Shown here: one piece after another, positions 50,627-64,000 of the stretch | Layout: each line of letters opens with the position of its first letter | How positions within the stretch are numbered: position 1 is the first letter of the stretch | DNA from: Marsupella aquatica | Taxonomy: Eukaryota; Plantae; Marchantiophyta | Length of the DNA stretch: 64,000 bases | NCBI GenBank assembly: GCA_973895155.1 | Contig: OZ316897.1 | Location: 10,067,832 to 10,131,831, forward strand | Reading direction: 5' to 3' | Made by a program: the position numbers and the translations under genes | The notes under the pieces: model-generated | Databases searched by the model: none | What the model was told of the DNA's origin: nothing | The model's input: only the letters and a program-made list of their open reading frames with translations

Positions 50627-52470
50627 ATGGCTTTAAACAGAGCTTGCCAGTGGGATCAGGCGTCCACTACTTTCGGTCTGGAACTTGGAGACCCAACTCG
50701 CCTACGAACTCAAGCGCTGGAGCTTGATCCAGAGCCTCCACTCCCGTTTGGCTGGGAGAAATGTTTTGATTTGAAGGTAAGTTTTGGTTTGTTTCTTCTG
50801 CAAAGTTCTCCCGTGAAAGCCTCCCAGCCTTTGTAATTAGTCGTGACAGCGTGGGCACGCTTCTATGTTGTGCTGCATCATGCTGAGAATATGTTTAGTT
50901 TGTTCACATGGAGTTGTGCAGTTGTGCGACTTTCAACGGAAGGCCCGTGTTAATTAAATGGAGTCTTGTACGTAGACCAAAGTTTTGAAGGACAGAAGTT
51001 TGTTGAAAAGAGTAGAAGGAGGAAATTGTACGTGCGTTTTAAATTCACCACCAATGAAAATGAATTGACAGTTGAGGGCCTGCTCGTGCTGTTTGTGTTT
51101 TGGCTCAGACCGGGGTAATATTCTTCAAAAACACGAGTACTGGAATAAGAACGGGGACAGATCCCCGTGTACAAGTCAAGCTGCAGCAGCAGCAGTACCA
51201 GCAGCAGAAGAATGATGTGGATTGTGAGGCGTGGCGAGGTCTTTCGAGATCGATTGACACCGATGCTTTGAATCGTGCCGGGGATAAAGGGATGGACTGG
51301 ATGGACAGATTACAGAATTTCAGAGGTTTGGAGGCGAGCACGATTGACGAGAAGGTCTCAAAGTGGAGCCAGAATTATACTTCCAAGAAGTTGCCCCCAC
51401 TCCTCTCCTTGAAGTCCACCGACAGTCTCCCGAGTCTCGAGCTTTCGCTGAGGCTGGACGGCCCCCAGGCTCGAGATTCATCGAGTCTGCAGCTCTTGAC
51501 CTCGGGTGACAAGCCTGGTAGTTTCAATGGGAAGGCGGCGCATGTGAAATTGGAGCAGCTCGAGCAATGTCGCCAGGATTTCCTTGGTCCCAATCACAAC
51601 ATGGGGCCGTTCCCGTCGAATTCTGTAAAGGTTAAGGAGGAGCCAACTTCGGATACGTTACGTTGGGGGGACCAGTTGCCAGTCGTTTGCAATTTATCAT
51701 CAACATTTCCCATCTCATCCTCTAGCTGTAAGCGAGAGGGCACCGAGACATCCGCCACTGCAGCACTGGAGCAGCCGGAGTTTCGAGACTTGCTAGGCCC
51801 GAGATACGCCATGGGACCTTTCTCTTCGAATGCGGGGCAAGGATTGGCGGAGTCCATGCCTTCTCCCATGGACCAGCTGGCCGGCACTTGTACATTGGAC
51901 AAGGTCCTGCTGGCCCTGGAGCGAACGCAAACTCAACCTGATGCTGCCATGAACAATTCTTCGACGAAAACTGGTACTCAAAGTGGCAATTCTTTGAAGG
52001 CAACACTTGCCCCTTCCCCATTGCGACTTCAACCTCCATCCGCGAAGTTGTCATCAGGAGCAGCGTCTCTCTCACCAACCACCTCTGACGCGTCCTCAGC
52101 CGTGAGCTCCAAATCGTCCCTTCATTCATCTACAACTCCATCCGTGATGAGTTTCCAAGGAGAAGAGCTAGATGATTTGGGAGGGCACGGCTCCAGCGCA
52201 GAGGCCAAGACTCGGTCAAACCGGCTTCCGACCTCTACGTCTGCTGATCCGAAAGTTGAAGATGGAGTAGAAGCCCCCATCACGTTGGTGGCAGTTGGCT
52301 GCATGTCTTGCCACATGTTCGTAATGCTATCGAAGGATAATCCCAGCTGCCCAAGATGTGGCAAGACTGGTTTGCTGGACATCTCTCCTCCCACGAAGAG
52401 GCAACGAAAGGAGAATTCCCCAGTGGACGCGGAGAGCCGGAGACATCGCATTGCGTCGTCTCCACCATGA
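50627..52470 (+). CDS. CURLY FLAG LEAF 1 (CFL1)-like WW-domain protein with EAR-like motif and C-terminal Cys4 zinc ribbon; exons 50627-50776 and 51109-52470, ~503 aa
   Basis: WW domain split by a phase-0 GT-AG intron (LPFGWEKCFDLK|TGVIFFKNTSTG...DPR), LELSL (LxLxL), CTLDKVLLALER, LVAVGCMSCHMFVML...CPRC. An additional upstream coding exon cannot be excluded. Confidence 0.85.
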
Positions 52471-55063
52471 TTCTTCCAAAGCTTTCGATCGAAACTTTCT
52501 GAGGTGAAATTTGCTTTCACATGCGGCCTCGAGGGGGTTGATCGAAAGCTTATTTTGTCACCTTACAAACCAGAGGATCGATTGAATCAGAAACTTAGTT
52601 AAGCGCGCATTTAAAAATACCATTAGCATGTTCTCCTGACGTCGGTCCACGAGCGTTTTGTGGAACAGACAGATTAGTAGGGTATAGGTTTTGATGGGTT
52701 TGGGAATATTTCATCCTCGACCCTTTTGAAAGGAAATGTTACATTCGTGCATGAACAATTCAACTCATTGTTTAAAAGTGGAGCTCAATAAATGATTCCT
52801 TTATCTAAAAGTGGGGAATAGTGAACAGCCATGTTTGCCTTCTTCCCCTCCCCTGAGGACTTTGGTGGTGGTGACGCAGAGGAGCCAACACTTTTTCCAG
52901 CCGCCTCGTTGATTGCATTGTTGACTGAGTACAGCGAGGATCTGAAAGTTGAACAAACTAGAAAAGGACCCGGGACTAAAAGTTCAAAGCAGCCCAAAGT
53001 TTGAAAACGTTTTGGTTCGAAAACACAATGATGTCTGTTGGCGGTAAACATACCATCAGGAAAGCATTATTGCGTTTATTTTGTGCCAGTCCGTAGGACT
53101 TGTATGTGACCCATTTGATCTAAGCTTGACATCAAGTGTGGCCCTGATGTTGATATGTGTAGCCTCCTCATCATTACCCGAAGAGGGGGACATGTAAAGC
53201 ACGCCTGAAGCTGAAGTGGAGCCACTTGCTTTGCAAATGCAGTTGCCTTTGTACTCTGGGGCCAAACCAGACCATCACTATGGCTACGGGAAACGTACGC
53301 TGAATGCCATTCATTTCCGTTTCAGGTAGTTGCCAATGAAAAACGCCGCATCCTAAGGTGGCCAGGATGGAGTTTTGACATCGCATAAATTTGTTTGTTG
53401 TTCTATTACCGCTGGTTGTTCCTTCTACATATCTGGGTGCTGCACTTTGATGTGAGGACGCAATTAATTCCCTAGCCGTCTTGCACGACATACTTACACT
53501 AGCAAAGAGAGCCAGCCGGTACACGGGGCTACTATAGATACCCCGCTATAGATACCCCCACTACTATGGTGACTAGCACAGTTTGATGTGAAAGAAAGGA
53601 TGGAAGAAAACAAGAGAAGCTCTTTACAATCAATCTCCAATCATTCACCTAACAAAGCAGGGACAGAAACGGTGTAGGTACGTGAGAAAGTGCCAGCAGA
53701 TACTATCACAACCCCGATCACAACTTGATGAGCAAGGATAGAAGAAAACGACAGAAGCTCCTTGCAACCACTCTCAATCATCAACCTAGTAAAGCATGGA
53801 CAGATACGGCACAGGTGCATGACTTAAATTGCCACATAGAAAAACTAATGTGGTTGATACCACAATTTGATGAGAAAGAAAGTATGGAAGGAAACAATTG
53901 AGAAAAAACTCTTCAAAACGAATCTCAATCAATCTCATAAAGCATTGGACAGAAAAGGTAAAAGGTACATGAGCGAAAGTGCTGAAACAGAACAACCCAT
54001 TCAAATTTCCTTTCCCTCCAAGTTCAGACTTTTCCGTAGGCATGACTCACGGAGACGAACTTATTGGAAATTATTGAATCATCATGTATCTGTGCATGCA
54101 TGACGTATCTGATTGACAACATGCAGCAGAACCCACCTGTAACAGATGCAACAACAATTCCTGTAGGGGGAATCTCAAATCCTTCAATCGTAGAAGTTCC
54201 GAGACTAGTGAATGTTTCCATTCACATGGAACGCATTCAAAGTCTGGCGAACTGCATTCAACCAAGATGCCTTCACTTAGGCATACAAGACATTATTATA
54301 TTTCAACGAGAATCCATACAGACAGTCTGTCATTTCTCCAACAAAATAGGCTCAATTCTTTTGGCTACTACTCATCCACGATTCCCACTCCGTCACTCCG
54401 TGCTAGTTTCTTGGGTTTTATATTCTTGTCATTCCATGGAATCCCTTCCTTCCAAACTCGCACTCCACCTGGGTAGAGTCCTACCATAGACTAAGACTTT
54501 TCTCAAATTGAGAGCGTAGTGGGCCAAAGCTTTCCTCATTATTGGGCTCCTGACAAGGGGAAAACTAGCTGCTGTAGGGTGAAGTGGGGGATAACCCCAA
54601 AGGACAGGGCATTGAGAGCCCTCAAGGCTAGGTTCCATGGGCCAGGGTCACGGAGTACTATCAATCCCCACCCATGACCACAAAGTACACCATATGTTAC
54701 ATAGTATTTTAAATTTATGAGTTTTGACTTTAGAGCCAATGAGAATGCCCCGTACTGTCACTATATAGGGACAAAGGTGCCCCTAGAGTTTAACAGGGAG
54801 TGTGAGGGAAAATAGTACTCCCTACTACCTTATTTGTACACTCCTCACTCCCGGGAAAAGCTGTGATCTTTTGGCTGAAACATGCTGACACAATGTGCAC
54901 TCCTCACTCCCAGCCGCATTGAACCTAGCCCTGTTCATCCATGTGTGCCCCCACCCCTCTCCCTTCTCCCCAACCCACCACACCTTGTAACCTCTTTCAA
55001 AGTATCCAAGATCCTACGCAAAAATCTAGGCTGTTGAAATAGGGAGTGGACCATGTTGTGTGG

Positions 55064-55160
55064 GGTAACCCATCCCCAAGAGGAGGTAATGGGCTGTAAT
55101 CCCGGAGGGCGCTGAGCCCGAGTCGCTTACAGCCATTATCCCCAGTGGGGATGAGTTACC
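55064..55160. repeat. 97-nt imperfect foldback
   Basis: ggtaacccatcccc..ggtaatgggctgtaa pairs with ttacagccattatcc..ggggatgagttacc. Confidence 0.65.
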
Positions 55161-55469
55161 AAGCGTAAACCCTGAGTTTTTACATAGCATTCAGTTCAGT
55201 TTTACGTAAGAAAAGTCTGATCTGTCACTGCCTGTCACTTGCACTTTACTACATTTCTCATTCAAATTTCATATCCCCACGCCAGGCTGGCCCAGGGGTT
55301 CCATTGCTTCACCTGGGGGTAAAGCCTTGTAACCTTGTACACACATACAAAGGAAAAATTTCAGGAAGGGTTTACCAATTGCTCATCAAGTCATTCTCAT
55401 TCATAGTGGGACAACTTGCCGAGCATGGAAAAGCGCTACAAGACAAGTTCAAAGTATAGTTCCATTCAA

Positions 55470-55820
55470 TGAAAACAAGGTGAAACCAACATTTTAAAGT
55501 AAAGTAAAGTATTACGTTTGAAACTCATGGGAACAAGCTATACAATTGATCAAGGTGAAACAAACATTATGAAATATAGTGAAGAATTACAGTTTGAAAC
55601 TCATAAGAACAAATGCTACTCTTGATCAAGGTGAAACAAATATAATGAAATATAGTGAAGATTTACATTTGAAAACTCATAGGAACCAGACCTAAGTTTG
55701 ATCAAACTGAAACAAACATTATGAACTATAGTAAAAGAATTATGTTTGAAATTCATAATAACAAGTGCTACACTTGATCAAGCAAACAAACAAACATAGC
55801 AAAGAATTACATTTGAAACA
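55470..55820. repeat. Minisatellite, ~76-bp unit, about 4.5 copies
   Basis: tgatcaa anchors at 55547, 55623, 55699 and 55775. Confidence 0.9.
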
Positions 55821-56894
55821 AGCAATATGCTTGAGGGACCTTCTCCCATAAAACTTTCCTTGATCAGCCCCGCGGAACTTTTTACAAACTCAACACCCTC
55901 TAAATGAGCCATACAAGATAGATGTTCTTGTAGAGGTTCTTCCAAAGTGAGATTTTGGATAATTGGATCAAACTGGGAGAACCATGATATAAGCATTTGA
56001 ACAAAGAACTCTGATCAGTTGAACCATGCATGACTACATGGTTTTCTACCACAAATTATGTCTCACCAAACCCACAGGCATTGAATGGGGCTAGTACATT
56101 GTTGTCAACATTGGTAAGATGGGCTGCTAATCCCGCTGCTAATTATCGCGCCATCCAAACTGCAAGATGAAGGTCATTGCAAAGTGAAGACATTCATGTG
56201 AATTCCTTCTGTTTCATAAAACTTCATTCAATGTTTTGGCCTTAATCTCCCAATAGGTCTTTTTGAGGGTTGAGGTGTGGACAAGTTCCCACAAGGTTCC
56301 ACAAGGCCTGCACTGTGTGTGGGGTCTACCAACAGTTTGACACCACATCCAAATGGCATGAGTGAGCAAAAACATACCCTTGGTGAATGCTGAGTGTGAC
56401 ATGAAGACAATCTCCATATTGTCTTCCAAAACCACTAAGGTTAGCCATTTAGCATCGCCCTAATGGTATGCGTGAGCAAAACTTACTCTTGGTGAAGAAA
56501 AATGCTGTGTGAATGAAGACAATTATCTAATGTCTTTCAAAAACAGTATTGCAACTGCTCAGAACTGCATACATGCACTCTTCACAACATATGTTGCGAC
56601 ATGGAAAACTATAGCACAAAAAGTCAGGGACGGAAAACTATGCAGTTTCTTTGTTTAGAAGAACTCAATGTATGGATTTATTAAGATGCGGTTGAGTTTA
56701 TATTAAAAAAAATGTGGGAACTGATCATGGGAAGCTTTTCCGGCAGATATCTTTCCATTTGCAACTCTTTTGTCTTCTCGGGTCTTTCCCTTTCCCTCCC
56801 TTTATTAGGTCTTTTTGCCTTTGCAATCTTGTCACCCGGTTTGATGTCCCTGTCCTTTTGGCATTGTGATATACTATTTGCAACTTATACGAAC

Positions 56895-57045
56895 AAACGC
56901 TACACTTGATCAAGGTGAACAAACATTATGAAATATAGTAAAGAATTACATCGAACCAGCGCTACACGTATCAACGTGAAACAAACATTACGAAAATAGT
57001 TTTAAATTACTTTTGAAACTCACAAGAAACAGCGCTACACTTGCT
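56895..57045. repeat. Second block of the same ~76-bp minisatellite, about 2 degenerate copies
   Basis: gctacacttgatcaaggtgaacaaacattatgaaatatagtaaagaattac matches the unit at 55470-55820. Confidence 0.85.
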
Positions 57046-57846
57046 CTTTGTCAAAACACCCAGAATCTCATCTTAGTTGATATAGCCATAAAATATGTAG
57101 GGGAGTCTGTTGTAAGAGATTAATCGTGGACTGGCTTGTGGATTCATGTAAATACGAGCACAGCTACGTGACAATGAGATGGGCCTAGAGATTCTTGCAG
57201 AATTGAGCTTTAGAGTGTGGTAGGTTGTCGCTCATCCTGGGGGTTATGAATTTGTTGCATAAGCATATGAGGGATGCACCGGATGGCAAAAAGGGCTCTA
57301 CATTGGAGCGCATTTGTTTTGGTTTGTCTTGGTCTTGTGGGAACTTGGACAAACTTCGACATGGCCAGGATACTCCGCAATAAATTTTTCCTAACACAAG
57401 CAGAACCATATCATATAGTTTCCATATCCTTTGCCAGGATGCATGCACGCTTTATTAGCATCTAAAAGCTCGCCAATCTTCCCAGACCATTTGTCACTCA
57501 TCTGATGATCATACAGCAGTGATATCAGTCCTGCTTTTTTTCTTGGCAGTTTTCATGCCGTGAATCTTTGCAACCAACCTCCAAGCGACTGATTACCACT
57601 ACATGCGGATGTGAACAGCTTCCTATCCTTAGAATACACTTGACTTTCTTCAATGCAGAGGCACTGCTAGGCCAATAGGTGATCCTTCACTAGAATGGAG
57701 ACCACTCCATTCAACAGACACTTGATTTCCAAGGCATCTTGTTTTTGCTATTATACATGATTCAATCATTCTACCTGTGCTGCCTTCCCTACTAGAATTC
57801 ATGACACCCTACAAGTTCAAAGTAATATCAAGCCTACACTTCCTGG

Positions 57847-60800
57847 TCAATTTAGATCAGTGACATGGTGTGGTCTAGGTTTCCAGACTTTAACGGTGAA
57901 GTCTGCGCCACAAGTGGCTAGTGTGGGCTCATGTGGGTGAAAGACAGCGCCAGTAACTCGGTCACTGTGGCCTTCCAACTGTTGTACAAGCTCCGCAGTA
58001 CCCTGCATGGATGATATGAATATGCCACAACATCAGTACCACAAATAGGGTCGACGAATTATCCATAGTGGCCCAAACTGTATTTGCTTTTGTAAAGTTA
58101 AGAAGTAATACGTCCTTTCATAGCTGCTACAAAAGAATTCCTATGCTCCCTCGTCCTAAGTCAGATGGACATTTAATTTTTTCCAGAAATGGGTTCAACG
58201 TCTTACAGAAGGCCCGCTGACGTCAAATATATAGGCATAGTTGTCAGCACTGCCTGTTGCTAATAAAAGGGCATCGTGAACATTCAAGTCCTGAGACAAT
58301 CTGGAAACAAGGGCCCCTTAGTATGAAGAAAGATTTTCGCCCTATCTTTAAACTTGTCGTATCCCGTTTACTCCCGTGTTCTAAGCTGCAAAGACTAAGT
58401 TACGGGAAAATGATAAAACCAGACATAAAGCCCATGCCCAACCACGAGTACTTACTGCGCATCTGTGCTTCTCATGTGAGACCCTCCATTTGTTGGCAAT
58501 CCATCAAGTTCCCTTGGCGACCTCTTCCTAACAGACTGCCAGTCTGATTGACAAGTGAAACCCAAGAACGTAAGTTAACCATTCATGGACCACTTTGCTG
58601 GACAAAAATACTGCTCGTGTAAATATTGACACTCTGCGACCTAGCACTTCCTTAAAGACACCACTTTGCATCACGTCCTCAGGACCAAACCATAAAAGGA
58701 GACTTGGCTATTACAGTATATAGTTTCATAGTTTCATAAAAGGAGACTTGGCTATTACAGTATATAGTTAGAAATTTGATCATTTCTAAACAAGACCCTA
58801 ATTCTTACAATCATGTCCTTGGAATAAAGTGCTCTTAATGGGCCAATTCTTTGTCCTGGTTCCTGTGATCGAATGTTTCGGGTGCCGCAGTCCAGTCATA
58901 CGCATCTGAGGCTGCTCTATAACTGAAAATTTGTCATAAACTCTCAGTACTGCACACCACAAATAGAGATAATTAGACCATCACCCTACCATAATCGATC
59001 AGTCACCAGAAAAGAACCTCTGGTGCTCGTGTTCAATAGTTTCTTGGCAAATCGGTTAGGGATTGTATATAACTGTTTTTTCAAAAACAAATTATGCCTG
59101 AGAAAAGAGTTCGCGAATCACAACCATGGGTTTACAATGCCAACCATAAATTTTATGCTCACCATCAGCAATGAGCCTAATGCAAACGCCAAGGGCCAAC
59201 AATGACGCTTCGAAAAGAGAGTGGAAGGAGAAAACAAGGAGAAAGGGGGCACCATTGTCATAGCTGTTGACTGCAATATGCACTCCATCATCTCCATGTA
59301 CTGTTCAGCAGGATTTTTTGTCAGTGACTTTGCATCAGATCAAAATATTGAAGAAATCCGAACTGTAGGAAACAATCCACGATCACTGCACAGCTACCGT
59401 GAATAACTCAGTAACAAAGCAAAACCCTCTGGAAAGTCAACAACAGAAAGCAGGCTGAAGTTTGAACTTGAGATGGCATTGAAAGATTATACACAGAGCT
59501 TTGAAAATCCAAGCTTCAGTGCCTATCAGCAAAAGTTCACGGTAAATTTAAATTGGAACATGGCACTTAACTGAATTGGCAAATTTATCACAGGACAAAG
59601 ATCGTATTTAATCTTACCATCGGAGGCATGGGACATATCCAACGAAGTTATAGGCTTGTGGAAATCTTCATTGAACACAGTGTCCACGCAGGCTTTAGTC
59701 CGTAGATCCCACAGTTTCATTGCTCCATGCCAATCTCCAGATAAGCAGGCAATCCCATTTCTGTACACAACGAGTGCACTAACTTTGGCATCACTACTCA
59801 ATAGCATTACTATTGCCCCGGTGCTCTTCACGCGACGGTCCAGCACATAGACTTGTTTTGAAGTGCTGCCTGCCAGAAATACATCATTATCTGCAACCAA
59901 TTTCACCCTCAATTAGATATGACTAAAGGTAGAGCTGATTTCACGAGCCTGCGCCGACTTGCCTACGGGTGAACAAAGATGTCCAACAATGACATTTCTC
60001 CACTGGTGCGCTTGTATTCCAAGTGGACGTGTAGGACCAAACGAAATGCACAAGATGTGGGCTTGCAAATAATTATCATATCCAACCTGAAAGTCGATGA
60101 CTACATCTCACACTGGAAGATTCAACATTATTTAAATTCTTCAGGCTTGAAATGAAACATATAGCATCTACTAAAACAGTGTGAACAAAGGAGTACCAAT
60201 ACCTGCAGGATTGAAACGAACAGTTTGAATAAAACCCTGCAATTCAGTGTAGGAGTGCAAAGATTTCCCAGCAGTAACATCCCACTCTTTAACACAATGA
60301 TCAAAGCCTCCTGAAAGAAGAACAGTCCCATCATTTGACCAGCACACATCCGACACATTCAGTTGATGTTCTTGAAAGCAGAGTACCTGTCAGAGATCCC
60401 CCATTGATGTCAACCTACCCAATCAAAACAATAAAATGTCAAAGCCATCGACCATTAGCTGAATTGCTTACGACAAGCTTACTACCAACGCAAAGGGCAG
60501 AATTTTTTCGTAGCCCGGATTCTGTCAAGATTGTATACAGCAACATGAACCTCGCACGAAACTTGGAGTCGAAGAGCTGAGCTGCAGATATGCTCATAGA
60601 CGTAAATTTATATTTCATGGGAAAATAATGATATTTCTACTTCTCAAATATCCAGGAAAACTTATGTTGCAGATACGTAATTCATTCTAGAAGGGCAGCC
60701 AACGAGACAAAGCTACAGAAAACACATTTGAGAGCCCTCTGTGCAATTGTCTCTTTGTCGTCTGCATTCTTAAGAGAGCAGGCAGGAGACTTTCAGCGAA

Positions 60801-62775
60801 CTCTAAACTTTACAGGCCAAAAGAGCACCAACCTCTCTTTGTGTTTGTACATCCCAAACTCGCACACTTTGGTCGAAAGAGCCAGATGCTAACAGGTTAC
60901 TCGTCTTCGAAAATTGCGCAGCGTAGACAGCTCCCTTGTGGCCCTGAAAATCCACACCCTTCAATCAACTTTTCCAAGCCTACAAACGAAACCTGGAAAT
61001 ACTAACCCAGCCATGTCGAAGGCACTAAACTCGCAGAAAATGATTCTTGTACGTCAAATGAGATTCGGGTTTTGGTGTCCTTAAAACCTTGAGATCATAT
61101 TGATGATAAAATCTACGGCCATCAGCTTTGCGGTGAGACTTTGGAGCAGGTACTCCTGAAATCAGAAAACCCCGAAAAAAAAATTCAGCTCTGAAAAACA
61201 CAGGTGCAGTTAAGAGAGAATTTCCAAAACCCAACAGCTGCAAAATTCTACGACAAACTTGCAAAGTTTCATTCACAACTAGAGCCACAATATGTCCTTG
61301 ATCAACATCCTGACAGGGATCGATTACAATATTCAGAACAGTAACAGCAAACTGATCTAATCACTTCGCTATTACTGTTCCAACAGTGGAGTGGGAAAAC
61401 TTTCGACTCGTCAACATTCTCTGCCAATTCCATGCAAAACGCTGATCAAAAGCGCACCTTGGAGCCCAACCTTGGGTTGAGGTGCAAGATCAGGAACACG
61501 TACTGCTTCATCAAGCTGCGGCCCAGAACTTTCTGGTGTGATGATATTATCTATATCAAAAGGTTTCACAGCCTTCCCCAAGTGTTCAATACAAGCACTG
61601 TGCCTGTTCAATTTACCACAAGTGAGACTTGTCAAAACGTGCAATTTAAACATGGTGGGTTTGGCACTCAGATAATGAAACACCAGACCCTCCTTAACAC
61701 ACATTTCTGTCACCCTAACCTGGAACATCACCTACCACCCTAGTCCAGGACTTAAGAGTGACCAAGCTCCTAGGAGAGTATCTTCAAGAACCTAAGGTTG
61801 AGGTCAAAATTATGCAAGGCAGCAACTTACGCAGATACAATCCGTGTAATTGAGTTCAGGATTGTTAAACTTGTCTAGCACTAACTTCAGTAAAGAGTCT
61901 GACTAGTCCCCAAGTGACCATTCTGTTGGAAAGACTCCACAATTGAAGCCGAAGCTACGGGATGCTGTCAAGCCTTTGAATTTTAGACCAGATGAACAAA
62001 TGGAGCCAACAATCCCCAAACCAGGTTGACACTCCGTACACGTAGCCGAACCTAATTACAACAGTCTACCTGCGATCTATCATGGGGTACAGATTTACAG
62101 CGCTAGACACCGGTAACTAGTGCCACCGCAACAGACACTCGTGGTCCAGGGTTTTTAAATCTAGTCAAACTAAGATACAATAGATAAGTTTTATGAAAGT
62201 GAGATGCTGCAAAACGGAGGAATCTGTGCAGTTAGCATTGCCCATCTCACGAGAAGGAGAGATAATTGAAGGGCGGTGCCATATTAGTTAAACAGAGAAA
62301 GTATGCAAAGGCAGAGCAATCCACTAGAGCCAATGGAATAGGGTAATGGCTCTTACGGCCTTTTTTAGACATTTGATGATCAACCATCAACAAGCGAGTT
62401 CATTCTCCTTCCCGTGCCCCTTTGGGAGTCAGTTGCCTTCAAATTCATTCAATGCGAACATCTCTCTTACTCAGAGGCATTTTCCTACTGCAGCTCTGAG
62501 CCTAAGCAGTGGGACTTCTGAAGGTATTCTTTCAATAAGCTTACAGTCTAGGAGCGTATAAAATAGTCAGTCCGGACATACCTGACACTTAAATCGTACA
62601 CAGCCTTCTTCAAGCCACGATTTTCCTTTTCCAGCTGGTCCAGTCGTTGCTTCAACTGCTTATTTTCTTTGAGCACCAAATCCAAATTACTCTTGTAATA
62701 TGCTTCAGATCCCGAAGCCTTCACACTCTGCGGTGCACTTGAGAGGGAAAGCCTGGAGGCGGACGGCGAGGCCAT
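57847..62775 (-). CDS. Coiled-coil + WD40-repeat protein, 11 exons, ~500 aa
   Basis: Phase-consistent GT-AG model: 62775-62582, 61603-61458, 61155-61088, 60943-60833, 60386-60203, 59890-59618, 59300-59253, 58949-58809, 58543-58456, 58300-58207, 58002-57847. WD repeats include GHKGAVYAAQFS...SGSFDQSVRVWD and LEGHSDRV...TCGADFTVKVW; N-terminal coiled coil LKENKQLKQRLDQLEKENRGLKK. Confidence 0.9.
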
Positions 62776-62816
62776 CTCCCTCTAGCTCTCTTCTTCGGTG
62801 CACAATCAAGCTTGAG

Positions 62817-62979
62817 GATCAAAATTCTTCAACTCATTGAGGAGCAGGACGACCCACAAGTCTCCATCTCTTCTGATTTATAAAACTTCGGCGCAGAGAT
62901 CAAAATTCTTCAACTCATTGAGCAGCAGGACGACCCACAAGTCTCCGTCTCTTCTGAGCTATGAAACTTCGGCACAGAG
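62817..62979. repeat. Two-copy 81-bp tandem duplication just upstream of the WD40 start codon
   Basis: gatcaaaattcttcaactcattgag...cagag at 62817 and 62898. Confidence 0.9.
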
Positions 62980-63673
62980 GGCCATCCCATCACTTCCGCA
63001 TGACACTGCTTTCCTCTCCAATCACCCGCATCTCACTCAATGTCCTATCCGTTCCACTAGTCGAATTCACGCTTACTCAATTCCTCCACCTGCACTTTTC
63101 GAAGTTCTTGCATGAGTTGAGATAATCATCTACCAAGATCAGCTCATGGATTCCGAAGAATGTAAAGAAAAAATTCAGTCAGGAGAGGCAGACTCGACCT
63201 CCCGACTCCTCACCGCTCCATCCATCCCTCAATTCATCGCTAATATTCTTCACGAGAGCTCACCAACGTCGTAAGCTCCCACAGTCCCACCCATTCCATC
63301 CCTTGCACGAACGAAGTGGCGCCCTCATTTACGTCCATGCGTATGCAAATGATGAAAGATATGATGAAAAGATAAATGGAGGCGATCAGAAAAGAGAAAT
63401 GATTCCATGCGGGTCATTGTCTAAAATCAGCAAGGTGCACTCATTGAATCGGAATTGCTATGATCAAATATTCCTGCCGATGTCGTCTGTCGATGAGTGA
63501 ATTGGTACGCTATTAATTCGTTCGATTTCTGCACTCAAGCACTCAAGCTAGACACTCCACTAGCTCCTAGTAGTGTACTCCTACGCCCCCATCTACTACT
63601 GCCTTAAAGTTATTATAACATTAAAGCACGAGAGTCAAGATCGAGGCAGAGAGAGGGAAGATCGAGGCATATT

Positions 63674-63893
63674 AATGACTCCATCCCCTTTTTTTTCCTT
63701 TTTCTTTAATATTCCAAAGTTTTATTTCAAAAACAGAAATTAGTTCGTGGACCCCATGTGTTTTGAATTGAATGAGATTGAAAAATGACTCCATCCCCTT
63801 TTTTTTGCCTTTTCCTTTAATATTCCAAAGCTTTATTTCAAAAATAGAAATTAGTTCGTGTACCCTATTGTTTTGAATTGAATGAGATTGAAA
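63674..63893. repeat. Two-copy ~110-bp tandem duplication
   Basis: aatgactccatcccctttt...gaatgagattgaaa twice. Confidence 0.9.
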
Positions 63894-64000
63894 AGTAGAT
63901 AGTTATTGATATAATAAAATTATGTGCTAAAAATTAGATAGTTATTGATATAGATAAATGTGTTATACAGTATGACCAATAGAGATTCGAACGGATATCT

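Noticed and set aside
54024-54489. ORFs on both strands as a small gene or pseudogene
   Set aside because: No recognisable motif; frames interrupted by stops.
55470-57045. CRISPR-like array
   Set aside because: Units are contiguous degenerate 76-mers without unique spacers; no cas genes; eukaryotic context.

Overview
Eukaryotic (land-plant, probably bryophyte-like) nuclear DNA; no prokaryotic features, rRNA, tRNA genes or CRISPR were seen. 1-30 kb is a nest of decayed retroelements: two Ty3/Gypsy remnants on the minus strand (one followed by ~6 kb of accessory ORFs), a LINE endonuclease fragment, an AT-rich block, and a cluster of Bianca-type Ty1/Copia elements. The cluster includes a TSD-flanked, internally deleted copy (18804-24065) with an extra ORF upstream of gag, and a non-coding 3.5-kb LTR element (26197-29722) nested in the LTR of a relative. 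30-40 kb is mostly featureless. 40594-48058 is an apparently intact PIF/Harbinger DNA transposon (16-bp imperfect TIRs, TAA target duplication). It carries the usual transposase and Myb/trihelix gene plus a third, coiled-coil-like ORF, and the three-gene cassette is bracketed by ~133-bp internal DIRECT repeats; this is the most unusual object in the window. The right end holds two host genes: a CFL1-like WW-domain gene (+) and an 11-exon coiled-coil/WD40 gene (-). All calls are by eye from motifs; no database searches were run.
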